From NCBI GenBank assembly GCA_016125475.1, contig WGLR01000019.1, positions 120,746 to 184,745 on the forward strand: a DNA stretch of 64,000 nucleotides, written 5' to 3'. The notes below the pieces were generated by a model. It was given only the letters and a program-made list of their open reading frames with translations, was not told the origin of the DNA and made no database searches. Source of the DNA: Betaproteobacteria bacterium (lineage in GTDB: Bacteria; Pseudomonadota; Gammaproteobacteria; Burkholderiales; Ga0077523). Below, in pieces: positions 31,233 to 40,581 of the stretch. The position numbers were made by a program, and so were the translations under genes. Numbering within the stretch: the first letter of the stretch is position 1; every line of letters begins with the position of its first letter.

Positions 31233-32054
31233 ATGCAAGCAGATCCCCTCGTCAGAAACAACGTGACGGTCGCCGGCAATCCGGACGCCCGCTCCACGAT
31301 CGTGTTCGTGTGCGGCCTGGGCACCGATCAGTCCGTCTGGAACCGCATCATCCCGTCCTTTCGCGACGACTACCGCGTGGTGACGTTCGACAACGTCGGC
31401 GCGATCCCCGCGAATCGCTCGACCTTCCTCACCCACAAGTACCGTTATCTCAACATCACGGGCTACGCGCAGGATCTCGTCGAGGTCTGTGACGCACTGA
31501 AGCTGCGCAGCCACACCGTGCTCGTCGGCCATTCGCTGGGCGCGCTCGCCTCCCTCGTCGCGTGTGTCCAGCGTCCCCAACTCTTCTCCCGGCTGGCCCT
31601 GATAGGCGCCTCCCCGCGCTACGTGAATTCCGGCGACTACCGGGGCGGCTTCACGAAGACCGACGTCGACATGGTCTACGAAGCCTTGATGAACGATTAC
31701 GAATCGTGGGCGCGCCACTTCGCGGGGCTCGCCATGGCGAACCCGCACCGCCCCGAGCTCGCGATGCGATTCGCCGAGACGCTCAAGGACACGCCGAAGG
31801 ACATGATGCTGACCATGCTCTGCTCGGCGCTGCAGACGGACCAGCGCGACAAGCTTCCCGGGATCATCCAGCCGACCCTCGTGATCTAGTCGCGCGATGA
31901 CTTTTTCGTCCCGATGGCCGTGGCGGAATATCTGCGCGACCACATACCGCGCAGTGAACTTCGCGTCGTGGACACATCTGGACATCTCCCGCACGTCACC
32001 GTGCCGGAGGCCGTGACCGCCGCCGTGCAGTTGTTCCTCCAGGGCGTGGCTTGA
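31233..32054 (+). pseudogene. RsbQ/D14/KAI2-like alpha/beta hydrolase interrupted by an in-frame TAG at 31887-31889
   Basis: Collinear with B. subtilis RsbQ as I recall it: LVRNNVTVAG..IVFVCGLGTDQSVWNRIIPSF, nucleophile GHSLGA. The ORF stops at LVI*. The same frame continues as SRDDFFVPMAVAEYLRDHIPRSELRVVDTSGHLPHVTVPE... to TGA 32052-32054, carrying the catalytic Asp and His. The TAG sits where RsbQ has Gln (LILQCADD). Confidence 0.75.
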
Positions 32055-32168
32055 AACAACGCCGGACTCGGGCGGTCCCCGGCGGATCTCCGACGTCCGT
32101 GATGCGTGCCCTTCCTCAAGCCCCCCCGGCGCCGGCGCACCACCGTGCCTCGCACCAGCCCTGTCCTC

Positions 32169-33215
32169 TCAGCGCCGTTCGTACCTGACGACCTGGCGGG
32201 GACCCACCTCTGCCCCGTAGACATTGCCTTGGCCATCCACGGCAACACCCTCCGCGCCACTCGTGAGCGAGTGGTCGGGGTCGGGCTCCGGATCGGGGAT
32301 GAAGGCGGTCACGAAGCCGTCCTTCGCGCTGCCGATATAGATGCCCCGCCGCCACCCCGGATTGCGCTGAGCGTTGGATTCGGAATCCGTCGCGTACAGC
32401 ACGTCGTTCCTGTCGATGAAGAGGCCGCTCGGCCGGCCGAACTGTGTCCACGTCGCGAGGTGCTTTCCGGACTGGTCGAAGATCTGGATGCGGCTGTTCT
32501 GCCGATCGGCGACGAACAGGCGCCCCTGCGAATCCATGGCCAGGGCGTGGGGTTCGTTGAACTCTTCCCGGCTGCTGCCCGGCATGCCGAATTCCATGAG
32601 ATACGTGCCGTCCGGCGCGTACTTCACGATGCGGTTGTTGGTCGGCTCGCCGGGATTCGACGCGTGGCCGTCCGCCACGAAGATGCTGCCGTCGGGTGCG
32701 ACCAGCACGTCATTGGGCTTGCGCAGCGTATGCCTGCCGTTGCCGGGAACACCTTTCGTTCCGAGCGTCATGAGCAGCCTGCCCTCCGGGCTGAACTTGT
32801 AGACCACGTGCCCCCAGCCCTTCGGCACCGGCGCGTAGCCCACGGCATCCGTGACCCACACGTTGTCCTGCGAATCCACGAAGATTCCGTGCGGCCACGC
32901 GAACATGCCCGCACCGAAGCTGCGGACGAGATTGCCCTGCAGATCGAACAGCAGGATGGGGTCGACGTCGCTCCCCGCGCACAGGTTCGCGCCGCAGCGC
33001 TCGGCCACCCAGATGTGCCTGCCATCGTTCGCGGGATAGATCGCGCTCGTCGCGCCCCACTTCCGCCCGTCGGGCAATCTGCCCCACCCGTCGTGACGTT
33101 CGTAAGGGTTCTTCGCCACACACGGATCGGCGCTGGCCGTCGACGACAGGGGCCCCGCAACCGTCACCAGTGCGAGTGCGGCCGCGACCGCGAGCTGCGC
33201 ACGAACGGTCCGCAT
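32169..33215 (-). CDS. Secreted NHL-repeat six-bladed beta-propeller protein
   Basis: Only the last ~348 codons of ORF 32169..35336 are plausible. Signal peptide MRTVRAQLAVAAALALVTVAG. Repeated NHL-like blades (PHGIFVDSQDNVWVTD, PNDVLVAPDGSIFVADG, PHALAMDSQGRLFVADRQNSRIQIFD, PSGLFIDRNDVLYATD). Alternative ATG at 33263. Confidence 0.75.
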   Translation of the reverse strand: MRTVRAQLAVAAALALVTVAGPLSSTASADPCVAKNPYERHDGWGRLPDGRKWGATSAIYPANDGRHIWVAERCGANLCAGSDVDPILLFDLQGNLVRSFGAGMFAWPHGIFVDSQDNVWVTDAVGYAPVPKGWGHVVYKFSPEGRLLMTLGTKGVPGNGRHTLRKPNDVLVAPDGSIFVADGHASNPGEPTNNRIVKYAPDGTYLMEFGMPGSSREEFNEPHALAMDSQGRLFVADRQNSRIQIFDQSGKHLATWTQFGRPSGLFIDRNDVLYATDSESNAQRNPGWRRGIYIGSAKDGFVTAFIPDPEPDPDHSLTSGAEGVAVDGQGNVYGAEVGPRQVVRYERR

Positions 33216-33548
33216 GCGGGACACGGGCCCGGCGACACGACGTGAATTCCTGCTCGGTGACATCGATGATCCTCCCGTAGGTATCCTGCCCCGAAGGGAC
33301 TGAACGCGCGCGAGTATAAGTCGACTGCCCGCGGCGTTCGCTGCCGACCGGGGGCTGACCCCGGCCTCATCCATTCGGATGATGTTCCCCCTGGCCCTTC
33401 CCTGACAATTTTCGGAGGCGCATCCTGTAGTCCGTCCCGAGACCCCCTCCCGTCGCGGTCCGGTGACGCCCGTGCTGCGGCGGCCGGGCGGTTCACCGGT
33501 GCCCGTCGAGCGAGTCACGACGGTTCGCGAACAGAGGAGGAAAAGAAC

Positions 33549-35345
33549 ATGACGACCGCTTCGCCCACGGAACGCGTCAGGAACTGGCTGTCGCGCTTCG
33601 ATACCGCCCTGCAGGCCGGTGCCATCCAGGATGCCGTCGGTCTCTTCGCCGAGGACAGCTACTGGCGGGACTTCGTGTCCTTCACCTGGAACCTCAGGAC
33701 CATGGAAGGACGCGACGGGATCGGCGACATGCTCGCTGCGACCCTCGCCACGGCACGCCCCTCGGGCTGGGCGCTGGACGGAGAAGCCTCCGAGGCCGGC
33801 GGCATCACCGAGGGGTGGATCCGCTTCGAAACCGCGGCCGGGCGCGGCGAAGGGCATCTCCGGCTCAACGCGAACGACGAAGCGTGGACGCTTCTCACCA
33901 CCCAGTACGAACTGAAGGGGCACGAGGAACGCAAGGGCACCACGCGCGAGAAGGGTGTCGAACACGGTGCGCGCAAGCATCGGGAGAGCTGGCTCGAAAG
34001 GAAACAGGCCGAGGAAGCGGCGCTCGGCTACACCAGGCAGCCTTACGTGGTGATCGTGGGCGGCGGCCAGGGCGGCATCGGCCTCGGCGCGAGACTGAAG
34101 CGCCTCGGCGTGCCCACGATCATTCTGGAGAAGAACGCGCGCGCCGGCGACAGCTGGCGCAACCGCTACAAGTCGCTGTGCCTGCACGATCCGGTCTGGT
34201 ACGACCACATGCCCTACCTGCCCTTTCCCGACCACTGGCCGGTCTTCTCGCCCAAGGACAAGATCGGCGACTGGCTCGAGATGTACACGAAGGTCATGGA
34301 GCTGGACTACTGGACGAGCACCGTCTGCAAGCGCGCGAGCTACGACGCTGCGGCCGGCGAGTGGACCGTCGTGGTCGACCGTGACGGCAAGGAAGTCGTC
34401 CTCAGACCGAAGCAGCTGGTTCTCGCGACCGGAATGTCGGCCGTACCGAACATCCCGGACATCCCGGGCATGGATCGGTTCAAGGGCGACATCCACCACT
34501 CCTCCCGTCACCCGGGTGCCCAGCGTTACGTGGGGAAGAAGGCGGTGGTCATCGGGTCGAACAACTCCGCCCACGACATCTGCGCCGATTTCTGGGAAAG
34601 CGACGTCGACGTCACGATGGTCCAGCGCTCGTCCACCCACGTCGCCCGTTCCGAAACGCTCATGGACATGGCCCTGGGTGCGCTGTACTCCGAGCAGGCC
34701 GTCGCGAACGGCGTCACCACGCACAAGGCGGATCTGATCTTCGCGTCGCTGCCGTACCGCATCCTGCCCGCGCTCCAGATCCCGCTTTATGCGCAGATCC
34801 GGGAACGCGACAAGGACTTCTACGATCGACTCGAGAAGGCCGGCTTCCTGCTCGACTTCGGCGAGGACGGAAGCGGCCTGTTCTGCAAGTATCTCCGCCG
34901 CGCCTCGGGCTACTACATCGACGTGGGCGCGTCCGATCTCATCGCGGACGGCAAGATCAAGCTGAAGACTGGCAAGACCGAGCGCATCACGGAACGCGGC
35001 GTCGTCATGGCCGACAGCACCGAACTGCCCGCCGACGTGATCGTCCTCGCGACCGGATACGGGTCCATGAACGGCTGGGCCGCACAGCTCATCAGCCAGG
35101 AGGTCGCGGACAGGGTCGGCAAGGTCTGGGGGATGGGGTCCGGCACGGAGAAGGACCCTGGCCCCTGGGAAGGCGAACTGCGGAACATGTGGAAGCCCAC
35201 GCAGCAGCCGGGCCTCTGGTTCCACGGCGGCAACCTGCACCAGTCCCGGCACTACTCCCTCTATCTCGCCCAGCAGCTGAAGGCGCGCATGGAGGGCATC
35301 CCGACCCCCGTCTACGGATTGCAGCCGTCGTTCCACAAGGCTTGA
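33549..35345 (+). CDS. Flavin-containing / Baeyer-Villiger-type monooxygenase (NAD(P)/FAD-dependent)
   Basis: 598 aa. FAD GxGxxG VVIVGGGQGGIGLG, second dinucleotide site KAVVIGSNNSAHD, DSWRNRYKSLCLHDP. About 160-aa N-terminal extension. Confidence 0.8.
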   Translation: MTTASPTERVRNWLSRFDTALQAGAIQDAVGLFAEDSYWRDFVSFTWNLRTMEGRDGIGDMLAATLATARPSGWALDGEASEAGGITEGWIRFETAAGRGEGHLRLNANDEAWTLLTTQYELKGHEERKGTTREKGVEHGARKHRESWLERKQAEEAALGYTRQPYVVIVGGGQGGIGLGARLKRLGVPTIILEKNARAGDSWRNRYKSLCLHDPVWYDHMPYLPFPDHWPVFSPKDKIGDWLEMYTKVMELDYWTSTVCKRASYDAAAGEWTVVVDRDGKEVVLRPKQLVLATGMSAVPNIPDIPGMDRFKGDIHHSSRHPGAQRYVGKKAVVIGSNNSAHDICADFWESDVDVTMVQRSSTHVARSETLMDMALGALYSEQAVANGVTTHKADLIFASLPYRILPALQIPLYAQIRERDKDFYDRLEKAGFLLDFGEDGSGLFCKYLRRASGYYIDVGASDLIADGKIKLKTGKTERITERGVVMADSTELPADVIVLATGYGSMNGWAAQLISQEVADRVGKVWGMGSGTEKDPGPWEGELRNMWKPTQQPGLWFHGGNLHQSRHYSLYLAQQLKARMEGIPTPVYGLQPSFHKA

Positions 35346-35420
35346 CGCGCGATGCGGACCGTACGGTGCGGACTGAGATAATGTTGCACGTCCGTACCGT
35401 ACTCACCGCACCGAGCGATC

Positions 35421-36617
35421 ATGCCCATGAAGATCACCGACGTCCGCGTCCTGCCCGTCAACCGCTTCCTGTTCGTCGAAGTCGAGACCGACACCGGCCT
35501 GGTCGGCCTCGGTGAATCGGGCGCCTGGGGATTCCTAGACGCCTCCGCCGAAGCCGTCCGGTCCTTCGCCACCTGCCTCGTCGGCCAGGATCCGCTGCGC
35601 ATCGAACACCACTGGCAGTACATGTACCGCGCGTTTCACTTCCGCGGCGCAGCCATCATGGGTGCCCTGAGTGCGATCGACATCGCGCTCTGGGACATCG
35701 CGGGCAAGCATTTCGGTGCACCCACCTACCAGTTGCTCGGTGGCCGCTGCAGGGACAGGGCGCGTGTCTACTATCACGTGGGCGGCAAGACCACCGAGGA
35801 GATCGTGCGCAGCATCGTCGACGCGAAAGCACGCGGCTACACGGCCGTCGGACACCTGACGCCCTTCCTCGACGAAGACCGGAGCGTCCCGTACTACGAG
35901 ACCCACGCCCAGAAGATCGGCCGGGCGATCGATCGCGTCCGGCAGTACCGCGAAGCGGTCGGTGACGACGTCGACCTCTGCATCGAGATCCACCGGCGCC
36001 TGAAACCCGCCGAGGCCATCGCGCTCGCACGCGGCATCGAGCCTTACCATCCCTTCTTCATCGAAGACCCGACTACCCCCGACAACTTCGACTCGATGGT
36101 GCACATCGCGGAACACATCGACATTCCCCTCGCGACGGGCGAGCGTTTTCACACACCCCAGGAGTTCGCGCTGCTCGTCAACAAGCGCGCCGTGGATTAC
36201 GTGCGCCCCGACGTCTGCCTGTGCGGCGGCATCACCGGCGCGAAGAAGATCGCGGCGCTTGCCGAAGCGAACGACATCATGGTGATCCCGCACAATCCCC
36301 TGAGCCCAGTCAGCACCGCCGCGTGCCTGCAGATCGCGGCTTCGATCCCCAACTTCGCCTTGCAGGAGTATCCGGGGGACGACCGCGCGTCAGCCACGGA
36401 GCGGTACATCGGCGGCAAGACCGAGGACACCGACAAGTCGTTCCGCCAGTCGGATGTCGTGAAGAACGCGCTGCGTGTCGTCGACGGATACATGCCGATC
36501 CCGGACCTGCCGGGCATCGGGGTCGAGCTCGCGCCCGACGCCGTAAACCGTTTTCCGTACGAGCGGCGTCCGGTCCGGACGCGACTGCACGTGGATGGGT
36601 CGGTCGTCGATCAGTGA
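35421..36617 (+). CDS. Enolase-superfamily dehydratase (D-mannonate / D-galactonate dehydratase-like)
   Basis: MKITDVRVLPVNRFLFVEVETDTGLVGLGES, ALWDIAGK, metal ligands in DLCIEIHRR / FIEDP / ATGER. 398 aa. Confidence 0.85.
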   Translation: MPMKITDVRVLPVNRFLFVEVETDTGLVGLGESGAWGFLDASAEAVRSFATCLVGQDPLRIEHHWQYMYRAFHFRGAAIMGALSAIDIALWDIAGKHFGAPTYQLLGGRCRDRARVYYHVGGKTTEEIVRSIVDAKARGYTAVGHLTPFLDEDRSVPYYETHAQKIGRAIDRVRQYREAVGDDVDLCIEIHRRLKPAEAIALARGIEPYHPFFIEDPTTPDNFDSMVHIAEHIDIPLATGERFHTPQEFALLVNKRAVDYVRPDVCLCGGITGAKKIAALAEANDIMVIPHNPLSPVSTAACLQIAASIPNFALQEYPGDDRASATERYIGGKTEDTDKSFRQSDVVKNALRVVDGYMPIPDLPGIGVELAPDAVNRFPYERRPVRTRLHVDGSVVDQ

Positions 36618-37282
36618 CGCCAGCACGGTGCCCGGGCGGTCGCTGTCCCGGGACCCGGTGACTCGTACGGTCGTCTCGACGTCGAAGGATTGCAGTTCAC
36701 CGCGTGCGCCCTGCGCACCCGGCCAACGGCATGCGTAGGGTGCGCACCGCGCACGCCGGCGGTATGTCGGGATTGCGATGATCGGTGGCGCGTGACACGC
36801 ATCCTGGTGCCCGGCTGCACCGCCAGCCTGACCGGCACGATGTCTTTGATGAGATCCGCAGATTCCGGATTGCATCCAGCCGTGTCGAAAAGACAGGAAC
36901 CTCAACCCCCTCCCCGGTCACCTCTGATCTTCCCCGGCTTGTTCGCGCGTCCCCGCTTCGTGCCGGTCTGTCCGCGTCAATGCTCCGTAACCGGCGCCGT
37001 TACAGAAGCGAACATGTCAGAACGTTCGCGGTAATGCCAGAGATCCGGAACGACCTCGGGGAAGCGACCGGTCATGACCGGAACCATTCATCACCGAGCG
37101 GGAGAGGATCACGCGCGGCTGGTCACCAACGGCAAGTCGACGTTCCATGGCCTCGAGGCGTCACGAAACTGCAAACACCGCAGAGCAGACTGACCGCGGT
37201 CAAGTCGCGAACCGCTCTCCGAGGGTATGGTGGGAACCACGGCCTTCCCGTCGTCCACCGACACACCGCCCGCGCCACGCGC

Positions 37283-39199
37283 ATGTCACTACCGCCAAGC
37301 AATCCCGGCCCCGAGCGCTCCACTGCCTGGAACGCACCCGACATTTCCTCGCTCATCGATGCCCTGACCGCGCTTCGGTCGGATCTCGTCGCGACCGAGT
37401 GCGCCATTCGACCCCGCCTGCAGGCCGTCCACCCGACGCACCGGTCCGGTGCCGTCAACCTGGTTCACTACGTCGCCCTGCGCCAGCACGATCTGCGCGA
37501 ACTGCAGGAGCGGCTCGCCTGGGTAGGCGTGTCTTCCCTCGGGCGGGCCGAGTCGCACGTGCTCGCGAATCTCGACAAGGTTCTCGGTCTGCTGCACGTG
37601 CTGGCCGGCCGGCCATGGGATGCTCGCTCCGGGGAGGAACCCGCAGGGTACCGGACCAGCGCCCGGCTGCTCGCCGACCACGCCGACGCGCTGCTCGGCC
37701 GCTGCCTGGACGGCCGACGGACGCGGATCATGGTCACCCTGCCGTCCGAAGCAGCGACGGACTACGGGCTCGTCCGCGGAATGATGGCTGCCGGCATGGA
37801 CTGCGCGCGGATCAACTGTGCGCACGACGACGCCGTGGCCTGGGAGTGCATGATCCTGCACGTGGACCGCGCACGCCGTGAACTCGGCAGGCCGTGCAAG
37901 GTGTTGATGGATCTCGCCGGCCCCAAGCTGCGGACGGGTGCGCTCGCGCCCGGTCCCCGCGTGCTGAAGTGGCGCCCCGTTCGCGACGCATTCGGGCGCG
38001 TCACGCGGCCGGCCCGCGTGTTCCTTGCACCGCGTGACGGCGCCGTCGTCGATGGGGCGGATGCCTGCCTGCACGTGGAAGCAGCCTGGCTCGCCCGACT
38101 CACGGAAGGCGCCGAGATCGCGTTCGTCGACGCGCGCGGCGCGCACCGCCGGCTGGTCGTACGCGATCCTGGCCCTCGGGGCGCGTGGTGCGACGCATCA
38201 CAGACGGCGTACGTGACCCCGGAGACGCTGTTCCGTATCGCGCGTCCATCCATCGAGGGCGCATCCGGCGAAACCCGACCCGTCGGCCTCCCCGAAAGAC
38301 CTCGCGACATCGTGCTGCATCGCGGCGACACCCTCGTGCTGACTCGGGAGACCATCCTCGGGCACGCCGCCGAGGTCGACGCATCGGGCCGCGTCACCGC
38401 GCCCGCCTCGATTCCGTGCACCCTGCCGGAAGTCTTCACGCGCGTGAAACCCGGGGAACGCATCCGCTTCGACGACGGCAGGATCGGCGGCGTGATCCGC
38501 AAGACCTCCGAACACGAAGTGCACGTCGAGATCACGGATGCGCGCGAGGGCGGCGACAGGCTCGGCGCGGACAAGGGCATCAACCTGCCGGACTCCGAAC
38601 TCGAGCTGCCCGCCCTGACTCAGAAGGACCGGCGTGACCTCGCGTTCGTGTCGAGGCACGCGGACCTCGTGGGGCTCTCGTTCGTCAATTCGCCCCACGA
38701 CGTCGAGGAGCTCCAGACGCTGCTCGCCGGAACGCCCGCACCCGTACCCGGCGTCGTGCTGAAGATCGAGCGGCGTTCCGCCTTTCAGAAGCTTCCCGAC
38801 ATCCTGCTCACCGCGATGCGCTGCGAGGGCGTCGGCGTCATGATCGCGCGCGGCGACCTCGGCGTGGAACTCGGTTTCGAACGCCTCGCCGAAGTCCAGG
38901 AGGAAATTCTCTGGCTGGCCGAGGCCGCGCATGTGCCTGTCGTCTGGGCGACGCAGGTGCTCGAAGGGCTCGCGAAGTTCGGCCAGCCTTCGCGCGCCGA
39001 GATCACGGATGCCGCGATGGGCGAACGCGCCGAATGCGTGATGCTGAACAAGGGCCCGCACGTCGTGGAGGCCATCGACGCACTGGCGGACATTCTCGGG
39101 CGCATGGCCGCCCACCAGCACAAGAAGCGCTCGATGCTGCGCAAGCTGCACTGGTGGCCGCAACCGTCGGTTCCGGCACCGCCACCCTCGAACAATTGA
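37283..39199 (+). CDS. Atypical long pyruvate kinase-family protein
   Basis: PK motifs RTRIMVTLPS, MDCARINCAHD, MDLAGPKLRTG, KGINLPDS, LKIERRSA, GVMIARGDLGVEL, ATQVLEGL, PSRAEITDAA. MLSGETA is replaced by MLNKGPH. About 150-aa N-terminal extension and an enlarged B-domain. ORF 36785.. trimmed to ATG 37283. Confidence 0.7.
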   Translation: MSLPPSNPGPERSTAWNAPDISSLIDALTALRSDLVATECAIRPRLQAVHPTHRSGAVNLVHYVALRQHDLRELQERLAWVGVSSLGRAESHVLANLDKVLGLLHVLAGRPWDARSGEEPAGYRTSARLLADHADALLGRCLDGRRTRIMVTLPSEAATDYGLVRGMMAAGMDCARINCAHDDAVAWECMILHVDRARRELGRPCKVLMDLAGPKLRTGALAPGPRVLKWRPVRDAFGRVTRPARVFLAPRDGAVVDGADACLHVEAAWLARLTEGAEIAFVDARGAHRRLVVRDPGPRGAWCDASQTAYVTPETLFRIARPSIEGASGETRPVGLPERPRDIVLHRGDTLVLTRETILGHAAEVDASGRVTAPASIPCTLPEVFTRVKPGERIRFDDGRIGGVIRKTSEHEVHVEITDAREGGDRLGADKGINLPDSELELPALTQKDRRDLAFVSRHADLVGLSFVNSPHDVEELQTLLAGTPAPVPGVVLKIERRSAFQKLPDILLTAMRCEGVGVMIARGDLGVELGFERLAEVQEEILWLAEAAHVPVVWATQVLEGLAKFGQPSRAEITDAAMGERAECVMLNKGPHVVEAIDALADILGRMAAHQHKKRSMLRKLHWWPQPSVPAPPPSNN

Positions 39200-39318
39200 A
39201 ACCTGACGCCATCACGATCTGATCTTCCCGCAGCCAGAGTCGGCCAAACGGGAATTTCCGGGAACTTTCGGAAGCCCCTACCGTCCATCGGTGCATTCGA
39301 ACAACACACGGAGCACGC

Positions 39319-39585
39319 ATGTCGTATCACTCAGCGCAGGTCCACTTTGCCGTCAAGCGCCTTCTCGCATCACGGGGCGCGGAGACGGTCATCCCGCACG
39401 TGGACTGCTCGACGATCGACATCGACGGCGCCGTGGCCTACCAGCTGTCTGCTTCCGGCGACGCACGCAGTTCACTGAGCGAGGCACTTCGGGAAGCGCT
39501 CGGAAATTCCGGGAACGCGGCACCCGAAGGCATGGTGCTGACGGTTCAGGACGCCGGCAGGCTGCTGCGCATGACCGCGCGCTAA
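39319..39585 (+). CDS. Hypothetical small protein (88 aa)
   Basis: ORF only. Moderately GC3-rich and in an otherwise empty intergenic region. No recognisable motif. Confidence 0.3.
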   Translation: MSYHSAQVHFAVKRLLASRGAETVIPHVDCSTIDIDGAVAYQLSASGDARSSLSEALREALGNSGNAAPEGMVLTVQDAGRLLRMTAR

Positions 39586-39624
39586 CTGCGCGACAACGCG
39601 TCCTCTGCGGCGCCCCCCTCCTCC

Positions 39625-40482
39625 TCACCCCGGCCACGCGCCGTTGTCCACCGGACGAAACGCGCGGGTCCGGTCCCGCAGTTCTCGTGGCAGCCGCGCA
39701 TCCAGGATGCCGTCCACCTCGGATGGCGAATAGATCTGCGACAGGTGCATGAGGACCAGATCCCCGTTCCGGAACCTGTCTGCGCGCTCGATGAGTTCGT
39801 CGAGGTGGACGTGACAGCCCGCCCGGGCAGCGGCCAGTGTTTTCCGGGCGTCGAGAAACGTCGATTCGAGCAGGAGGACCTTGCTCTCCAGCAGGGAAGG
39901 ACTGTGATCGAGTACCGACACGAGCGTGTCGGTGGCATAGGCGAACTCGAGGTGATCCAGTGTCGTGAACATGTCGTGATCGCCCGACTCCCGCCGGCGG
40001 GCGATCTCCGGACCGGGCAGGCCGCGAAATTCGGGGCGGAGCTTCCGCACGCGCCGGATCAGCTGGTAGGCCAGGCACGGGACGACGTGAAACGCCTGAT
40101 GCGCCCGCACGAGCAGATCGGGACGCAGCTCGAATTCGTCCCCGGCGCGCAGACCGACGGGCTCGATCACGAGCGGCCAGTGCTGCAGCGCACTCATCGC
40201 GTCGAGCGCAGCGACGACGTGGTCGACGATCTCGGCCGGCATCACGACGCGCAGGGGCGCGGGGTGGCCGTGCAGCGCACGAATTCCGAGCAGCGTGGAC
40301 AACGCGCCGGCATGGTCGACGTGCCCGTGCGTGAGCAGCAGCGTGCCGACGCCCGCGACGGAACGCAGCGCGATGCCCGCGTCCAGCGCGATGTCGTACT
40401 CGGGAACGTGCAGCGCGGTGTAGACGCCGCCCACGGACACGCCCCGGATCGTGACCTTCCCGGCTTTCAGTTCGGTCAGCAT
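39625..40482 (-). CDS. MBL-fold metallo-hydrolase (RNase Z-like)
   Basis: HxHxDH motif LLLTHGHVDHAG with downstream His/Asp ligands. Start taken at ATG 40482 (MLTELKAGKV). Confidence 0.75.
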   Translation of the reverse strand: MLTELKAGKVTIRGVSVGGVYTALHVPEYDIALDAGIALRSVAGVGTLLLTHGHVDHAGALSTLLGIRALHGHPAPLRVVMPAEIVDHVVAALDAMSALQHWPLVIEPVGLRAGDEFELRPDLLVRAHQAFHVVPCLAYQLIRRVRKLRPEFRGLPGPEIARRRESGDHDMFTTLDHLEFAYATDTLVSVLDHSPSLLESKVLLLESTFLDARKTLAAARAGCHVHLDELIERADRFRNGDLVLMHLSQIYSPSEVDGILDARLPRELRDRTRAFRPVDNGAWPG

Positions 40483-40581
40483 GACACGCGTCCCCGAGCG
40501 GCAAGGCGCCCACACGGGGTACCCTTCCCGGGAGCGGGATTCCCTGCGGGGTCTGACAGGACACGCGGCAGGGATCCGGCC

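Noticed and set aside
30428-31994. Minus-strand ORFs 30428..31108 (226 aa) and 30693..31994 (433 aa)
   Set aside because: They overlap the tRNA-Ser gene and are antisense to the RsbQ-like hydrolase frame, which has clear family motifs. They have no motifs of their own.
33216-35336. Upstream ~700 codons of the 1055-aa minus-strand ORF 32169..35336
   Set aside because: This part is antisense to the well-supported flavin monooxygenase gene (33549-35345). Only the last ~348 codons, which have a signal peptide and NHL repeats, look like a real protein.
36785-37282. N-terminal 166 codons of the 804-aa ORF leading into the pyruvate kinase-like gene
   Set aside because: The sequence is Arg/Ser/Pro-rich with poor coding character and no similarity to PK family N-termini. 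The ATG at 37283 gives a product beginning just before recognisable helical and PK regions. The true start remains uncertain.
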